Assembly: GCA_950097015.1 (NCBI GenBank)
Contig: CATNEN010000031.1
Span: 2,542,001-2,606,000, forward strand
Length of the DNA: 64,000 bases
Reading direction: 5' to 3'
Origin: Macrostomum hystrix
Taxonomy: Eukaryota > Animalia > Platyhelminthes
The notes beneath the pieces are model-generated. The model did no database searches. It was given only the letters and a program-made list of their open reading frames with translations, and was not told where the DNA came from. The translations under genes were made by a program, and so were the position numbers. Below are positions 1 through 34,024 of the stretch, piece by piece (the stretch's first letter is position 1; every line of letters begins with the position of its first letter).

Positions 1-75
1 AGATGAGACAGGGAGAGATGAGACACTGAAGAGATGAGACAGGAGAGAGATGAAGGGTAGAGATGAGACGAGACG
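1..75. repeat. End of a GAGAGATGAGACAGGG-type minisatellite
   Basis: Same unit as 11365-11900. Confidence 0.7.
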
Positions 76-1044
76 GTGGTGAGATGGGATAGGGGAGAGT
101 ACGTGATGGAAGGTGCCAGGGGGCTGCAAGTTCTGAGGGCCGCTCCTGTATCGCATGCCGGGGCTCCCTACAACAGTCCCGCCTGTACCGCGAGGGTGCA
201 GATGAAGCCAGAGGTTCAGGACCCGGGGATCTGTGATGCCTAATCGCCACCCGGCTCATTTCCGCGGTTCTCGAACGTCTGTAGGGCTCTGTCTGCCTCT
301 CTCTGTCTCTCTGGCTTGGACAGGATGGGATTTCTCGGGCAGTTTTTAGGGATCAGGAGCGGCAGCGAACGGAAATCGTAGCGAAGCGAGCTTGATGTCG
401 GGTAAGTCGAGTGGAACCTTGGCCTCACGCGTTGGGGAGTTTTTCGCTTCGTATCGGATACGCCATGGGGAGTGAACAGGGAACTTTAAGCCGGGACATA
501 AACAATGCGTTGACAAACCGATCCGCACAACTCTGCATTTGCTGCCCCCCGCCCCCAGCTACAGTAACCTCCTTTACTGCGGTTTTAGTTGTTAGACAAC
601 CGTTTAGGCTATCGTTTGCGACGCTGCGAACTTCGTTTAGGAATTGCAACGGACCCTTGCGCTTCTGCGTTGCCGCTGCTGCTGTTGCCGCTGCTATTGC
701 GTGCTGGTGATTCTGTTTTCTAGCCGGGCAAAACACACCGCACTGTGACATTTTCCAAGGCCGAGTCCCTTGCGGAATATCCATCTTTTGATTGCTGCTG
801 CTGCTGCTTGACCCCTGTGTGTTTTTCTCTGGTCTGTCATTTTGTTTCAATTTCACTTTTTCCGAATGCTGAAACTGGCCACTCCTGTTTTATTGTCTAT
901 TTTTGGATGACTAAATATTGAAAACTGTATTTTGGAAGGAATGTGGGGAATCGACTGGACGCAATGGACCGAATGTAATTAGCTGAATAAAAATGATTAA
1001 AGGAAATTTATCAGCTTAACTAACTGGAGTCATCTGCCTGGAAT

Positions 1045-1545
1045 CGATTTTATCGGCTGAAAGGAATGGACTGAAAGGAATGGACTGAAGGGAATCGACT
1101 GAAGGGAATCGACTGAAAGGAATCGACTGAAGGGAATCGACTGAAAGGAATCGACTGAAGGGAATCGACTGAAAGGGAATTAAAAGAAGAAAATCGACTG
1201 AAAGAAATTGACTGAAGAGAATAGACTGAAGGAATCGACTGAAGGAATCGACTGAAAGGGAATTAACTGAAGGGAATCGACTGATAGAATCGACTGAAAA
1301 AATCGACTGAAGAGAATAGACTGAAGGAATCGACTGAAGAGAATCGACTGAAGAGAATAGACTGAAGGAATCGACTGAAGAGAATAGACTGAAGAAATCG
1401 ACTGATAGAATCGACTGAAAAAATCGACTGAAGAGAATAGACTGAAGGAATCGACTGAAGAGAATAGACTGAAAGAAATCGACTGAAGGGAATCGACTGA
1501 AGGGAATCGACTGAAGGGAATCGACTGAAGGGAATTGACTAATGA
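1045..1545. repeat. Minisatellite, 13-14-bp GAATCGACTGAAG(G)
   Basis: Tandem copies visible directly. Confidence 0.92.
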
Positions 1546-2329
1546 GAATCAGCAGAAAGGATTTGCCAGAATAGTGTCAGACAGACCGCCTAAACGAATG
1601 GGCTTCATATTCGGCAGGTTAAATTGCTTTCAGATGTATTCATTACTGTAAAGTGCAAAGAAATTGCATGCCGGAAATTAGTTTTTTAATATTTGTTATA
1701 TCTGTTATATATTTGCATATTTTGCTTCCAAGTTTATCACTCAAATAATATGTGGGTTCTCTCTCTTTCTCAATTTCTGAAGATGAAGCCAAAAACTCGC
1801 AGAAATTTGCTTCATAAAGGAAACGATAAACAATGCAAACAATAAAAATAAATAAACAAACGAACAGACAGGCGGACAAACAAACAACAACTAGCAAGGT
1901 TGAAAGTGGACTGGGGTGTGGGAAATGAGGTTTAAGCTCTTGCAGGTTGTGCTCTGTGTGTGTGGCTTGTACAATAATAACAGTACAAATTATCAAACAG
2001 AGTTATCTGACAAAATCGAGGACAAATCGAATCAATGTGATTGGGAAGGGATTAAAAATATTGAATTATAAAATCGTTATTTTGAGTTAACAAATATTAA
2101 TATTAAAAAACAGGAGGGTAAAATGCATTATTGCAAGCTTTGAACTTAGTACTTCTAGACAGTTTTGATAACTGCCTAAGAATCTTGCAATAAAAATGTT
2201 TCCTTTTGTATAAAAATACTGCTCAACCCGTACTCTCCCAAAACACTACATTAAACAATCTATGCGGAATTCAAACTGATCAGCATGACCCGCCTGAGAG
2301 AGTTTGGCTCGGAGACAAATAGGACACAT

Positions 2330-3120
2330 CAGGTACAAGTAGGACCCAACTGGTACAAGTAGGACCCGTCTGGTACAAGTAGGACCCGTCTGGTACAAGT
2401 AGGACCCGTCTGGTACAAGTTATAGGACCCAACTGGTACAAGTAGGACCCGTCTGGTACAAGTTATAGGACCCAACTGGTACAAATAGGACCCGTCTGGT
2501 ACAAGTAAGACCCGTCTGGTACAAGTAAGACCCGTCTGGTACTAATTGGACCCATCTAGTACAAGTAGGACCCGTCTGGTACAAGTAAGACCCGTCTGGT
2601 ATAAGTAAGACCCGTCTGGTACAAGTAAGACCCGTCTGGTATAAGTAAGACCCGTCTGGTACAAGTAAGACCCGTCTGGTACTAATTGGACCCATCTAGT
2701 ACAAGTAGGACCCGTCTGGTAAAAGTAAGACCCGTCTGGTACAAGTAGGACACGTCTGGTACAAGTAGGACCCGTCTGGTACAAGTAAGACCCGTCTGGT
2801 ACTAATTGGACCCATCTAGTACAAGTAGGACCCGTCTGGTACAAGTAAGACCCGTCTGGTACAAGTAAGACCCGTCTGGTACTAATTGGACCCATCTAGT
2901 ACAAGTAGGACCCGTCTGGTACAAGTAGGACCCGTCTGATACAAGTAAGACCCGTCTGGTACTAATTGGACCCATCTAGTACAAGTAGGACCCGTCTGGT
3001 ACAAGTAGGACCCGTCTGGTACAAGTAGGACCCGTCTGGTACAAGTAGGACCCGTCTGGTGCAAGTAGGACCCGTCTGGTACAAGTAGGACCCGTCTGGT
3101 ACAAGTAGGACCCGTCTGGT
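2330..3120. repeat. Minisatellite, 20-bp GGTACAAGTAGGACCCGTCT
   Basis: About 40 tandem copies with variants. Confidence 0.95.
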
Positions 3121-4024
3121 TCACAATGGACTTACCTGGCATATACCCCAAATGATTATCGGATCACGCTTCAGACCTCACGCACAATGGTAAATAAAAC
3201 GGTATAAAAAACACCGACTATAAAAAAATTGAATCGCGCAGACCAACTGACATTTAGAATAGGCTAGGGGAAAATGTTGATAAGGAATCGGCATCGCTTA
3301 GAAAATATGTTAATTAAATAAAACATAGCTACTTTGGTTTGTGATGCGAGCAGTGCTGTAATTAGTAAATAAATAAGAATGGATAAAATTGTGTGCCAAT
3401 ATGCTGCAGACATATTCAACGATGCAGTTTTTTTTCTATTTGATGAAACTTGGACAAGTCAGTATGAGCTGACATTTTATGATTAACAGATCCTTGTACA
3501 TAATGAATAGAATCTCGAATAGAATTTCTAGTCTGCCATTGAGTAGTTTCCAACTTCTAGTTAAACTACAGTTGAGATAGTATTCTAGTCTGGTGTAGTT
3601 TGGCAGCTGTTGTCCCACCGAACTGGCTAACTGAACCGGCAAGGAAGTGTTTGGAAATTCCCAAAAAAAGGACTCAAAAACCACTCGCGCGTGAGAAAAT
3701 AGCAAGGGATAAAAATTGAGGGGAAGTTAACAATGGCAAACAGCAGTGCGGGGGTTACAAAAATATCATTGCGAATAGAGCGCGTGCTTCGTACTAACAG
3801 CTTCGGTTTCGATGCCGCATAATGTTTTAGAGAGCATGGAAAACTGTGCTCACAACAAAAAACCAACTCAGTGCCGTCTCGCAGTTTGTGCAAAGCGCTG
3901 TTAATCGTGTGAGAGAGAGAGAGAGAGGAGACAAACAAACAAAACACAAACAAAACATTATATTAGTAAATAGCAATAATATAATTAATTAGCGAAAACA
4001 CAAAAGCGCAGATTAAAGAATTTT

Positions 4025-4147
4025 TTATATGCCGAAAAAACCGATGAAGGAGGCATGAGCAAGTGTCAGGATTTGCGCGGCTGAGGACTGGAACATAGAC
4101 ACATCGGCAGCGATCACACACATCGCACACACAGGCTTAACGCGCGG
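4025..4147 (-). CDS. Candidate terminal coding exon of Musashi
   Basis: Strong acceptor ccctgtctcttttcgcag; phase 0 reads PRVKPVCAMCVIAADVSMFQSSAAQILTLAHASFIGFFGI*. No recognisable conservation, and other acceptors exist nearby. Confidence 0.25.
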   Translation of the reverse strand, partial: PRVKPVCAMCVIAADVSMFQSSAAQILTLAHASFIGFFGI

Positions 4148-4594
4148 CTGCGAAAAGAGACAGGGAGACTGTGGGATGGGGCGGAGGGGGTGGGTGGCGC
4201 GCGTATGTACAAGCGATGACGTCACTCCCAAGCAGAAGAAAAACACGCACACACTGGCTTGCTAGCGCGCGCCAATCAAAAGCACTCACAGCACACACAT
4301 GGTCTGGCGCAGACTCCAGTTGATTTTTATGGTAGGATAGTAAGTATAGATTTGACAGAAATAGCAAATGTTCGTGTAAAATGTTTAACTCAGAAATTGC
4401 GTCTTTCAGGCCCGGCTATGAAATAATGTTTTAGTCTGAGTCGTAGACCTGGCCCCACATGGACTGTTGTGGTCTGAAAATTGGAAAGAGTGATTGGTCT
4501 TTCTTGAATTCATAATAGCACAGGTTTAAGGTTACAATCACGATGCCCAATGAGCTGCCGACAGCAAGCCAAACCCATCTCGCTGAATCAAACC

Positions 4595-4830
4595 CAAATA
4601 ATCTTCCTCCGGACACCCACCTCACTCCGTTTCACTTATGAGGCCAAATCATCTGCCCCAAGTCACCAACCTCACTCCGTGTCGCTAAAGGCCCAATCAT
4701 CTGCCTCCAGACACCCACCTCACTCCCAACCAGTAAGTGATCCAGTTTCTTACCCGCCTACACACACGCCCTACAGTCTTCCAGTCGGATTTCTGCACAC
4801 AACTAGCACCCACCTCACTCCCTATCTCCG
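4595..4830. repeat. Degenerate, about 49-bp tandem repeat (AATCATCTGCC...CACCCACCTCACTCC)
   Basis: Three to four diverged copies. Confidence 0.6.
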
Positions 4831-5350
4831 CCTTCCCGTAGCTACTCACCAAAAAGCTGTTGTCGCTAAATAACTTCAAAGCGCAGTGTTGGGCATCCAT
4901 CCGACTCGGATTAGTGGAAGCCATTTTGATAGTGCGGAATCAGCGTGCCCTGTGGGGAAAGTTTTTGAAAAAGTCGCATTGAGTCAACTTGCTTTTGAAG
5001 CAGTTATTTTGGCTTTCAATTTCTGTGGGACATACAAAGGCTCAAAAGAATTCAGTCCATCGGTGGATTATGGAGGCCCGGTAAATTCGCGAGTATACTC
5101 AGTGAGTCTTGGACAGAAACGGATTTACTCTTAATCCGGCTCTAAAGCCGGTTTTTGGCCTGATTACTCATGTTAATCCTTGATGCAGAAACTTTCAACT
5201 GATCTCGCGTTTCATCGCCAATGGCACCCAAATCAACGAATGTACTTTTGGAGGAGTTTCTATTTAAAAGCCATATTTGGAAGTCCAGATGGGCCTTAAA
5301 AAAGTTCCTTCTCAAGAGCTCCAGAGATTTTCAGGGATAAAATGTCTCAC

Positions 5351-25550
<20,200 letters not shown>

Positions 25551-27746
25551 GATGTGTAAATTTAATAAAAGAGTAAATGCGAGCTTCTGAAGGAAATTAA
25601 TTCTGGACAAAATTAGAAAATAATTCAGACACAATTATGTTGTCTTGAGACCAGTAAATCACCTAAAGTTCTCGCCGATGAGAAAGAGAATCAATGGAAA
25701 CACGCAAACACAAAGAAGTTGCAGACTGAAGCCTTCAGGGCTTTTAGGCCAAAACAACTTTTGAGGAGCTTAATGGGATTGGCTCACAGTAATTCTGTGT
25801 AAGCAATCTGATTCGTCCACGACAGTTTTTTTTCAAATGTCAGTAGTCTAGAAAAAATAAATGAAGGGTAGTAAAATAATATTTATTATTATTATTTTTA
25901 TGAAAATAAGTGGCTATGTACAGTCAGAATCAATAGAATTTGTTAAAAAGCTAAAAAGAAACCGAATTTTGTTTTCTAAGAACGTTTCTTAGAAAACAAA
26001 GCTATATAGAAGTTGTATGAAACGGCCAGTTCAGCTAATTAGTTATTTTAATGAGTGTATAATCTTGAACTTAATATCATAACCCACTGAGCCACCATAA
26101 GTGTACATTTATATAAAGTTTAAAAGCCGTGTCCAAGATAGTTGTCTGTGTTAGTGCTGCCTAGCTGTTTAACAATAAAGTAAACCACATCTGATTATAC
26201 ACGTCAATAACACTTAAATCTCGTTATCACGAGATGTATTTTGCTGCCACTGTTTTTACTGTTGCGAATAAGCCACTATAGTAAGATAACTGTTAGATAA
26301 TATTCTTTATTATAGCATTACAGCCTTTGTTTTATAAATTGATCATATGTCTTGTGTCTATTATTTTTATTAATATGAGCCTTAGAGGAAAGAATATCTG
26401 CAGCCAGACAAAAACGCTGTAGTGCAACTACATAATTGTATGAATAAAAAAAATTTGTGTTGTGTAGTCAAGTGCTTCCTTTTTTGTGTCTAACATTATT
26501 TGCATGAATGCATGGTTGAGCAACCTGAAATATTATATCTAGCTACCAAGCTACTGTTGTACTGACACAGTGAATTTTTGTTAATTTTTATGCATGAATA
26601 CATTTGCATAGGCATGTTTAAAAGAATTTATTTGGAGATCTTCCTTGTCAGTCATAGCTAAAAATATTTGACCATTAACCATTTTAGCCTCAAATCATTT
26701 TGGCCTCACTTGTAAAAAGTCATTTGATGTGCTAGTTTTTATCTATTTTTATTTTGTTTCTAAATTTACCAATTGTTTTCTTTAAGTGTGTTTTATTTTA
26801 AGTGATGTTAATTTCATTTATAACAACATGGTATGAGTCCATGAATTTTAAATTTTCATGGCTATATTTATTGCTATTTCTAAAATTTTTCTTTCTAAAT
26901 ATTTTCTATTCTACATGTGAATTTTGTTTGTCTATAAGTTTGTATTTATAATTGTGCATTTAAGTTTGTGTATTAATCTAAGTATGTAATTGTCAAGTGC
27001 CCCAGGCCCCCTGCAAGTAAGTCAGTATGTAATTACAAAAATATTGACAGTTCCCAAAAAGTAAAAAAACACATTATCATCTTATACCAATAAAATGATA
27101 GGCATTCCAACTTTTGTAAGCTAGGTCAATGATAGCCTATCACTTACTACTCAGTTCAACTACAGCCTGCCAGAATGTCCAGAAAGGCACCAGCTGGTTG
27201 ATGTGAAAATTAGCTATTTATCTTAGATAGCGAACTTATATATGTATGGGTATAATTTTTAAGCACTGCTCAAATATAAACAAAAGTAGGTATGCTTTTT
27301 GCCCATGTTCCTTTTATTATAGCTAGTAGTAGATATGTAGTGAAGTAATGCATGCCATAGCAGGCTATATCTGATAAAAATGACAATGACATAATGAGCT
27401 AATAAAGCTCTAATTGCTATAGATAATAGTGAATTATTAGTAATTGATATAGGTGTTTTAAAATATTAAAAACTCAGTAACACATCTTCTTAAACTTGCA
27501 TCTAATATCATAGTAAATTATAATAGAACTTACTTTTTTCGATTATTGGTTTATTGGTTACAAAATTGGTTTCACTCTTATTAATGTCCAGATCATATGC
27601 ATCCAATTTATTTGAGCTCTGAACATTTTTAAAGCCAGCGTTCAGTTTTTATAGTGAATTGTTTCTTAATGTATACTCTACAAACCATTTATATATTCCC
27701 TCCTGTAATCTTGTTCTCGCTGCTCCTTCAGCAACATCAGGCTAAA

Positions 27747-30700
27747 ATGTTCGCTCGCGCCTGCTGGCACGCGGCTTGCCGCAGCCTGTCAACCGTCTCA
27801 TCATCGACGTCTTCGTATGCTTTCGCCGAACTGCCCGAGACGCATCGCCTTCTTAGGCGAACCTGTCGCGATTTTGTTAACGCCGAAGTGGCGCCAGTTG
27901 CTGCGGCCATCGACCGTGAGCACCGGTACCCGGCCGAGCTCGTCAAGCGGCTGGGCGACCTGGGCCTCATGTGCGTCGCCGTGCCGGAGTCCGACGGTGG
28001 CACCGGCTTGGATTACCTCGCCTACGCCGTCGCCATGGAGGAGGTGTCGCGCGGCTGCGCCTCGCTAGGCGTCATCATGAGCGTTAATAATTCCCTGTAC
28101 ACTGGGCCAGTGGCCAAGTGGGCTAGCGAGGAACAGAAGGCTGCCTTCCTGCGGCCATACCTGGACGGCAGTCGGGTTGGTTGTTTCGCGCTCAGCGAGC
28201 CCGGCAACGGCTCCGATGCCGGCGCGGCTAGCACCACCGCTAAACGGCTGGGAGAAAGGTGCGAGTTGTGATCGGGAGCTGGGATATTTGGGGTGATTTT
28301 ATTGGCGACAAATTCTCAAAGCTCATGTCACTGTATTCTAAGAATCAAAATCCTAATTTAAAATCGGCTGCCTATTTTTTAATTATTCAAATCCATGTTA
28401 TCAAAATCTTACAAACTCTTCACGATATCGTAATTCACCCATTCATGAAAGTCCTTTGTTCTATTCATGAAATCCCTATTCTCCCATTCATGAAATCCTA
28501 TTCTCCCATTCATGAAATCCCTATTCTCTTATTCATGAAATCCCTATTCTCTTATTCATGAAATCCCTATTCTCCCATTCATGAAATCCCTATTCTCCCA
28601 TTCATGAAATCCTTATTCACCCATTCATGAAATCCCTTTTCTCCCATTCATGTAATCCCTATTCTACCATTCATGAGATCCCTTCTCTCGTATTCATGAA
28701 ATCCCTATTCTCCCATTGATGACATCCCTTTCTCCCATTTACAACATTATTATCCCTATGAATCCCCAGCTACACCCTGACTGGCGCCAAGGCTTGGATC
28801 ACCAACGCCGCAGAGGCCGGCGCCTGCGTCCTGTTCGCCACCACCGATCGGGCCCAGCGGCATCGCGGCATCAGCGCCTTCCTGGTGCCCATGAACGCCA
28901 AGGGTGTCAGCCTTGGCACACCTGAGAGCAAACTGGGCATCCGCGGGTCCTCAACCTGCACCATCCACCTGGACGAGGTGACCCTGCTGGCCACAGATTG
29001 CATCCTGGGCGAGCCCGGCCAGGGATTCAAGATTGCCATGGCAACGCTGGACGCCGGCCGGATTGGCATCGCTGCACAGGCGCTGGGCATTGGGCAGGTG
29101 AGAATCTGGCTGAGCTAGATAATAGCAGTTAGTTAATAGTTAATACCCGCTAAAAATAGCGATGTTTCTTTCGGTGATTCCAGTTGGAATCTGCGGTGTT
29201 TCCAGAAAAAGAAACAGCTGAACGCTGGAAACATACCAAACGGATGATTCCATGCTTAGAATCTACCCAACTGGGCGTTTTCTCGGTGCTTCTTGGTGGC
29301 GAAATGGAATCACCCAAAGAATCCTCCAGTTCGGAAGATTCCATGCTCAGAAACCGCCGAGGAATCGCCCGTAAATAATTCTCTGGTTGTCTCATGGGCC
29401 ACTGGTTCGGGTGATTCTTCGGCGGTTTCCGCACAATTTACGGTTACATCGGCTGCTTCCTGGGTGGTTTCTTTAACTCTTGTGAGATAGGGGGGATTTT
29501 GGTAGATTCCACTCCTATTTTGCACATAAAACCCGCCGAAGAAGCAGCCGAATTTTTTACAGGGTAGCCTGTCGAGTATAATTTCCCAATCCAGAATTCA
29601 GTATTCCCATAATTCCCATATTCAGTATTATTCCCATAATCAGTATTCTTCCCATAATCAGTATTCTTCCCATAATCAGTATTCTTCCCATAATCAGTAT
29701 TCTTCCCATAATCAGTATTCTTCCCATAATCAGTATTCTTCCCATAATCAGTATTCTTCCCATAATCAGTATTCTTCCCATAATCAGTATTCTTCCCTAA
29801 ATCAGTATTCTTCCCATCCCTAAATCAGTATTCTTCCCATAATCAGTATTCTTCCCATAATCAGTATTCTTCCCATCCATAATCAGTATTCTTCCCATAA
29901 TCAGTGTTCTTCCAATGATGAGTATTCGCGTATTCAGTATTCTTCCCATGACCACAACCATAACCGTGCTCGGTTTGTCGCCCGCAGGCCGCCCTAGAAT
30001 GCGCCACAGACTACGCACGCCAGCGCCAGGCGTTCGGCTCTCCCATCGCCAAGCTGCAGGCGGTGCAGTTCAAGCTGGCGGACATGCACACCCGGCTGCA
30101 CTCGGCCCGCCTGCTCACCTGGCACGCAGCAGCTTTGAAGGACGCCGGCAAGCCGTTCACGCAGGAGGCGGCCATGGCTAAGCTCAGCGCCTCCGAGGCC
30201 GCCACCTTCTGCTCGCATCAGGCCATTCAGGTGAGCTTCTTTTAGATGGGATCTAGATGATCTGTTATGGTCTCTTTACATGCTCTGATCAATCCCCAGT
30301 CTTATTGCATGCTCTGATCAATCCCCAGTCTCATTGCATGCTCTGATCAATCCCCAGTCTCATTAAATGCTCTGATCAATCCCCAGTCTCATTACATGCT
30401 CTGATCAATCCCCAGTCTCATTACATGCTCTGATCAATCCCCAGTCTCATTACATGCTCTGATCAATCCCCAGTCTCATTAAATGCTCTGATCAATCCCC
30501 AGTCTCATTACATGCTCTGATCAATCCCCAGTCTCATTAAATGCTCTGATCAATCCCCAGTCTCATTAAATGCTCTGATCAATCCCCAGTCTCATTAAAT
30601 GCTCTGATCAATCCCCAGTCTCATTACATGCTCTGATCAATCCCCAGTCTCATTACATGCTCTGATCAATCCCCAGTCTCATTACATGCTCTGATCAATC

Positions 30701-31200
30701 CCCAGTCTCATTACATGCTCTGATCAATCCCCAGTCTCATTACATGCTCTGATCAATCCCCAGTCTCATTACATGCTCTGATCAATCCCCAGTCTCATTA
30801 CATGCTCTGATCAATCCCCAGTCTCATTACATGCTCTGATCAATCTCCAGTCTCATTACATGCTCTGATCAATCCCCAGTCTCATTACATGCTCTGATCA
30901 ATCCCCAGTCTCATTACAGAATTAATGAGTTTCTGTGCATCAATTTTCTCAAAGGAGTTTTCTTTGTTCATTTCGCACATTGTTGATGCGAATATTATTA
31001 GCTTCTATTACAAGTAGGCAGTTGCACAGAGGTAAATACCCACAATTTGGCCTCCGCAGGTGCTTGGTGGCATGGGCTACGTGACCCAGATGCCGGCTGA
31101 GCGGCACTACAGAGATGCCCGCATCACGGAGATCTACGAAGGCACAAGCGAGATTCAGCGGCTGGTCATTGCCAATGAGCTGTTAAAACGCCAGGACTGA
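27747..31200 (+). CDS. ACADS: Mitochondrial short-chain specific acyl-CoA dehydrogenase (about 407 aa, 4 exons)
   Basis: Exons 27747-28258, 28770-29097, 29988-30230, 31060-31200 join in frame. Motifs: [96 protein letters not shown]. Arg-rich N-terminal transit peptide. Confidence 0.96.
28435..28740. repeat. 23-bp minisatellite ATTCATGAAATCCCTATTCTCCC (ACADS intron 1)
   Basis: Tandem copies visible directly. Confidence 0.92.
29600..29950. repeat. 18-bp minisatellite CCCATAATCAGTATTCTT (ACADS intron 2)
   Basis: Tandem copies visible directly. Confidence 0.93.
30277..30918. repeat. 29-bp minisatellite ATGCTCTGATCAATCCCCAGTCTCATTAC (ACADS intron 3)
   Basis: About 22 near-perfect copies. Confidence 0.95.
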
Positions 31201-31780
31201 CATCACAAACTCTCTGGTCTTTGATTTCCCCTACTTGTCCCTTTAGACGCGCATGAAATCCCACAATTAGGGTCTGTTCACGCTGGCTTTATCAGGGTTC
31301 TTCAATTAACGGTGATTTTCTGTGTTATTTCAACACAAACTTGGCCCAGCCAATAACAGAGCGGAGGATGGTTTGATTGGCTGGTGAGTAGACCAGTTGT
31401 ATGATAAGATGACAGTCGTAGTAGATTACCATTATTTGTATCAATGACCTTGGTTAGTTACAACCATTTTGTGAACTAAAAATGCTCTGTGCGTTTTTAT
31501 GTATCGTTTTTTACTCTTACAAAGTACTACTTGAATGACTTAATTATCATTGAAGCTTTGCGATGAAGAAAATATATTACTTTTTGTTTGATTGCCATTC
31601 AAATTTAGCTTTAGAAATCGAAAAGCTTGTTAATTGTCTTCTCTTTTACTAATTATACCGAACTTAAATTAGTTGCACTACTTTAAGTAGAAATGCAAAC
31701 AAAAACTACAATCCAAATACGCTGGAGAAGTCTAATTGAACCCTTTTTATTGATTTAACCTTCCAGCGCCAGGCCGACAG

Positions 31781-32734
31781 ATGACCGTTCGCCTAGAGGA
31801 GGCGGAGCTGGTTCTGCCCTACGAGTTGGAGCGACCGGACAAGCGACAGAAGATTCGCGTGACCCGACTTGACCCAACCGAGGGTGTGCTAGAATTCGAT
31901 CTGATTCACGCCGAGACCGCGTTGGCCAACGCTCTGCGTAGAATTTTAATAGCGGAGGTGCCCACAGTGGCTGTGGAGAAGGTGCTGCTGTACCAAAACA
32001 CCTCCGTGCTGCCAGACGAGATGCTCTGTCACCGTCTAGGATTGGTGCCGCTGCGAGTTGATCCCCGCCTGTTTAACGACTGTCCGAACCTGCAGCCAAC
32101 TGACGACCTCGAAGCTTTGGATCCGCGCTCCGTGCTAGTCTTCGACTTGGATGTCCAGTGCCGCCAGCGCGAGGACGGCAGCCTGGAGCACGATAGGGTC
32201 TACTCCAAGGACTTTCGCTGGGTGCCTATTGGCGACCAGAAGGCCTTGCTTGGCGGGCGAAGCCGCGGCGGCGCCCCGGCCCCGGTCCTGCCGGAGATCA
32301 CCCTGGCCCGCCTGGGCCCCGGGGCTCGAATCCACGCCCGGATGCTGTGCGTGCGCGGCCTAGGCCAGGATCACGCTAAGTTCTCGCCAGTGGCCACCGC
32401 CTCCTATCGCCTGCTCAGCGACATCCGACTCACCAGGGAGGTGGACGGCGAACTCGCCGATCGGCTGCGCGCCTGCTTCGAGCCCGGCGTCATCGCCCTG
32501 AGCGAGGACGGCCAGGCTTGCGTGGCGAATCCCCGGCTAGACGTGAACTGCAGCCGCGAGGCCCTGCGAGACCCGGAGCTGCGCGACTGTGTGGAGCTCG
32601 GCCTGGTTCGAGATCACTTCCTGTTCAAGGTGGAGTCTACCGGCTGCCTGCCACCAGAGGAGCTGCTGCGCGAAGCTGTCAAAGTGCTCATGCTAAAGTG
32701 TCGCAAGTTTCTGCAACTCCTGGGCCATGAGTGA
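31781..32734 (+). CDS. POLR1C: DNA-directed RNA polymerases I and III subunit RPAC1 (AC40), intronless, 317 aa
   Basis: Motifs LEFDL, ALANALRRILIAEVPTVA, NTSVLPDEMLCHRLGLVPL, GLGQDHAKFSPVATASYRLL, DHFLFKVESTG. Confidence 0.95.
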   Translation: MTVRLEEAELVLPYELERPDKRQKIRVTRLDPTEGVLEFDLIHAETALANALRRILIAEVPTVAVEKVLLYQNTSVLPDEMLCHRLGLVPLRVDPRLFNDCPNLQPTDDLEALDPRSVLVFDLDVQCRQREDGSLEHDRVYSKDFRWVPIGDQKALLGGRSRGGAPAPVLPEITLARLGPGARIHARMLCVRGLGQDHAKFSPVATASYRLLSDIRLTREVDGELADRLRACFEPGVIALSEDGQACVANPRLDVNCSREALRDPELRDCVELGLVRDHFLFKVESTGCLPPEELLREAVKVLMLKCRKFLQLLGHE

Positions 32735-34024
32735 CTGGTCTTGTGCTGGAATCTAGTGTCCTGCAACCTTATATCTCGCATGGCCTTAGCATATTACTGA
32801 TGTGCAAGTAAGTAGTATGATGCAGCTTAGCGTTTCACAGTTCTTCTCTATGGCGTAGTGTTTGTGTGTGTGTGTTTACGAGTAATTGTAATTTTACTAT
32901 TGACTCTATGATTGGCATTTGTGAATGGAGGTGTCAAATAGACTGACAGTTTAATAGTGAGGCCCTGGTCTAAAGGTGCCCGCAATGTGCATTTCACCTT
33001 GTTTGATAAATCTTGTCAATCGCAGCCGTTTGAAGTTTTTCTAGTATTTCTTTCTTCATTTATTGCATTTATAAGCATTTTATATATAACACGTAGCTTA
33101 TATAAATCAGTTAGACAATTTAGCTGAATATTTTTATCGTGATTTTTCTAAACGAAACTACAAACTTTCAAGCTTTTATTTATTGATTTGGATTTCAGCC
33201 CATAGACAACAGATTTGGACTTTATTGGTTTGCCTGAATTAAGACCATTGGAGTTTTTTTAACTTAAAAGAAATCTGGATTTGCTGAACACTTAAAAGCG
33301 ATGCTTCAAGAACAACGAAATGCTGAAGTCAAAGTTCATCCTGACATTCAAAGGACTATCTCTGCTTAGACGGAAATCAACTCTAACGGGATGGTGCAAG
33401 ACAAAACGAATGTGAAAATAAACTGGTCAACATGGCTGTTTACAGTGGAACTACCTGGGAACCCCCTGACAATTATTTTTGCTGCACCCGAACGGAGCAA
33501 CGCAAGCGCACGTTACTCAAGAACACGGGCCAACTTTTTGTTGCGCATCTTCTGGAACAAGAATCAAATCGCCAGCCCTTTAGACCGTCGAGATATTCGA
33601 CGGTTCTGGCCGAAGGTCAGATTTTTCCCATAAGCGCTAGTGTATTTCATACACCCCAATACACGAATTAGCACTGCGCCTCGGTGCGGCCTTGCCAGGC
33701 TTTCAAAATTGATCAGCATGTCACCCGAATGTGCCTGCATCATCTCCGACTTCGGTGGTTACCGGCCTTTATACCATTGGTTTAAAAAACAGGCGGCAAA
33801 ATGGCTGTAGGACAGTAAGTAGTCCTACTGTTAATACTATTCCCGCTTTTGGTTCTGCAGCCAATCAGAAGTGCCGGTATCGAGTTACCAAGCCGTCCCT
33901 TCAGATGCTGCCTAATATATAACCATCCACAGGCTGAGACGAGAACTCTCGCCACCTGCTCAGTCGAAGCAAACTTAATCTATATCGGCAGAGTCCTCAC
34001 GGCTGCTTAATAAAAAAGTCGGCA

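Noticed and set aside
110-530. GC-rich segment with short ORFs at the window start
   Set aside because: No frame gives a recognisable product; cannot be assigned without upstream context.
425-856. 143-aa minus-strand ORF with Ser/Ala runs as a Musashi terminal exon
   Set aside because: No conserved motif and no confident splice linkage; may be 3' UTR or unrelated.
3128-3145. ACTTACCTGGC resembling the U1 snRNA 5' end
   Set aside because: Similarity stops after 11 nt; it is simply the complement of a consensus donor CAG|GTAAGT on the minus strand.
2420-3151. TRRVLLVPDGSYLYQTG-repeat ORFs
   Set aside because: 20-bp minisatellite; frames shift between blocks.
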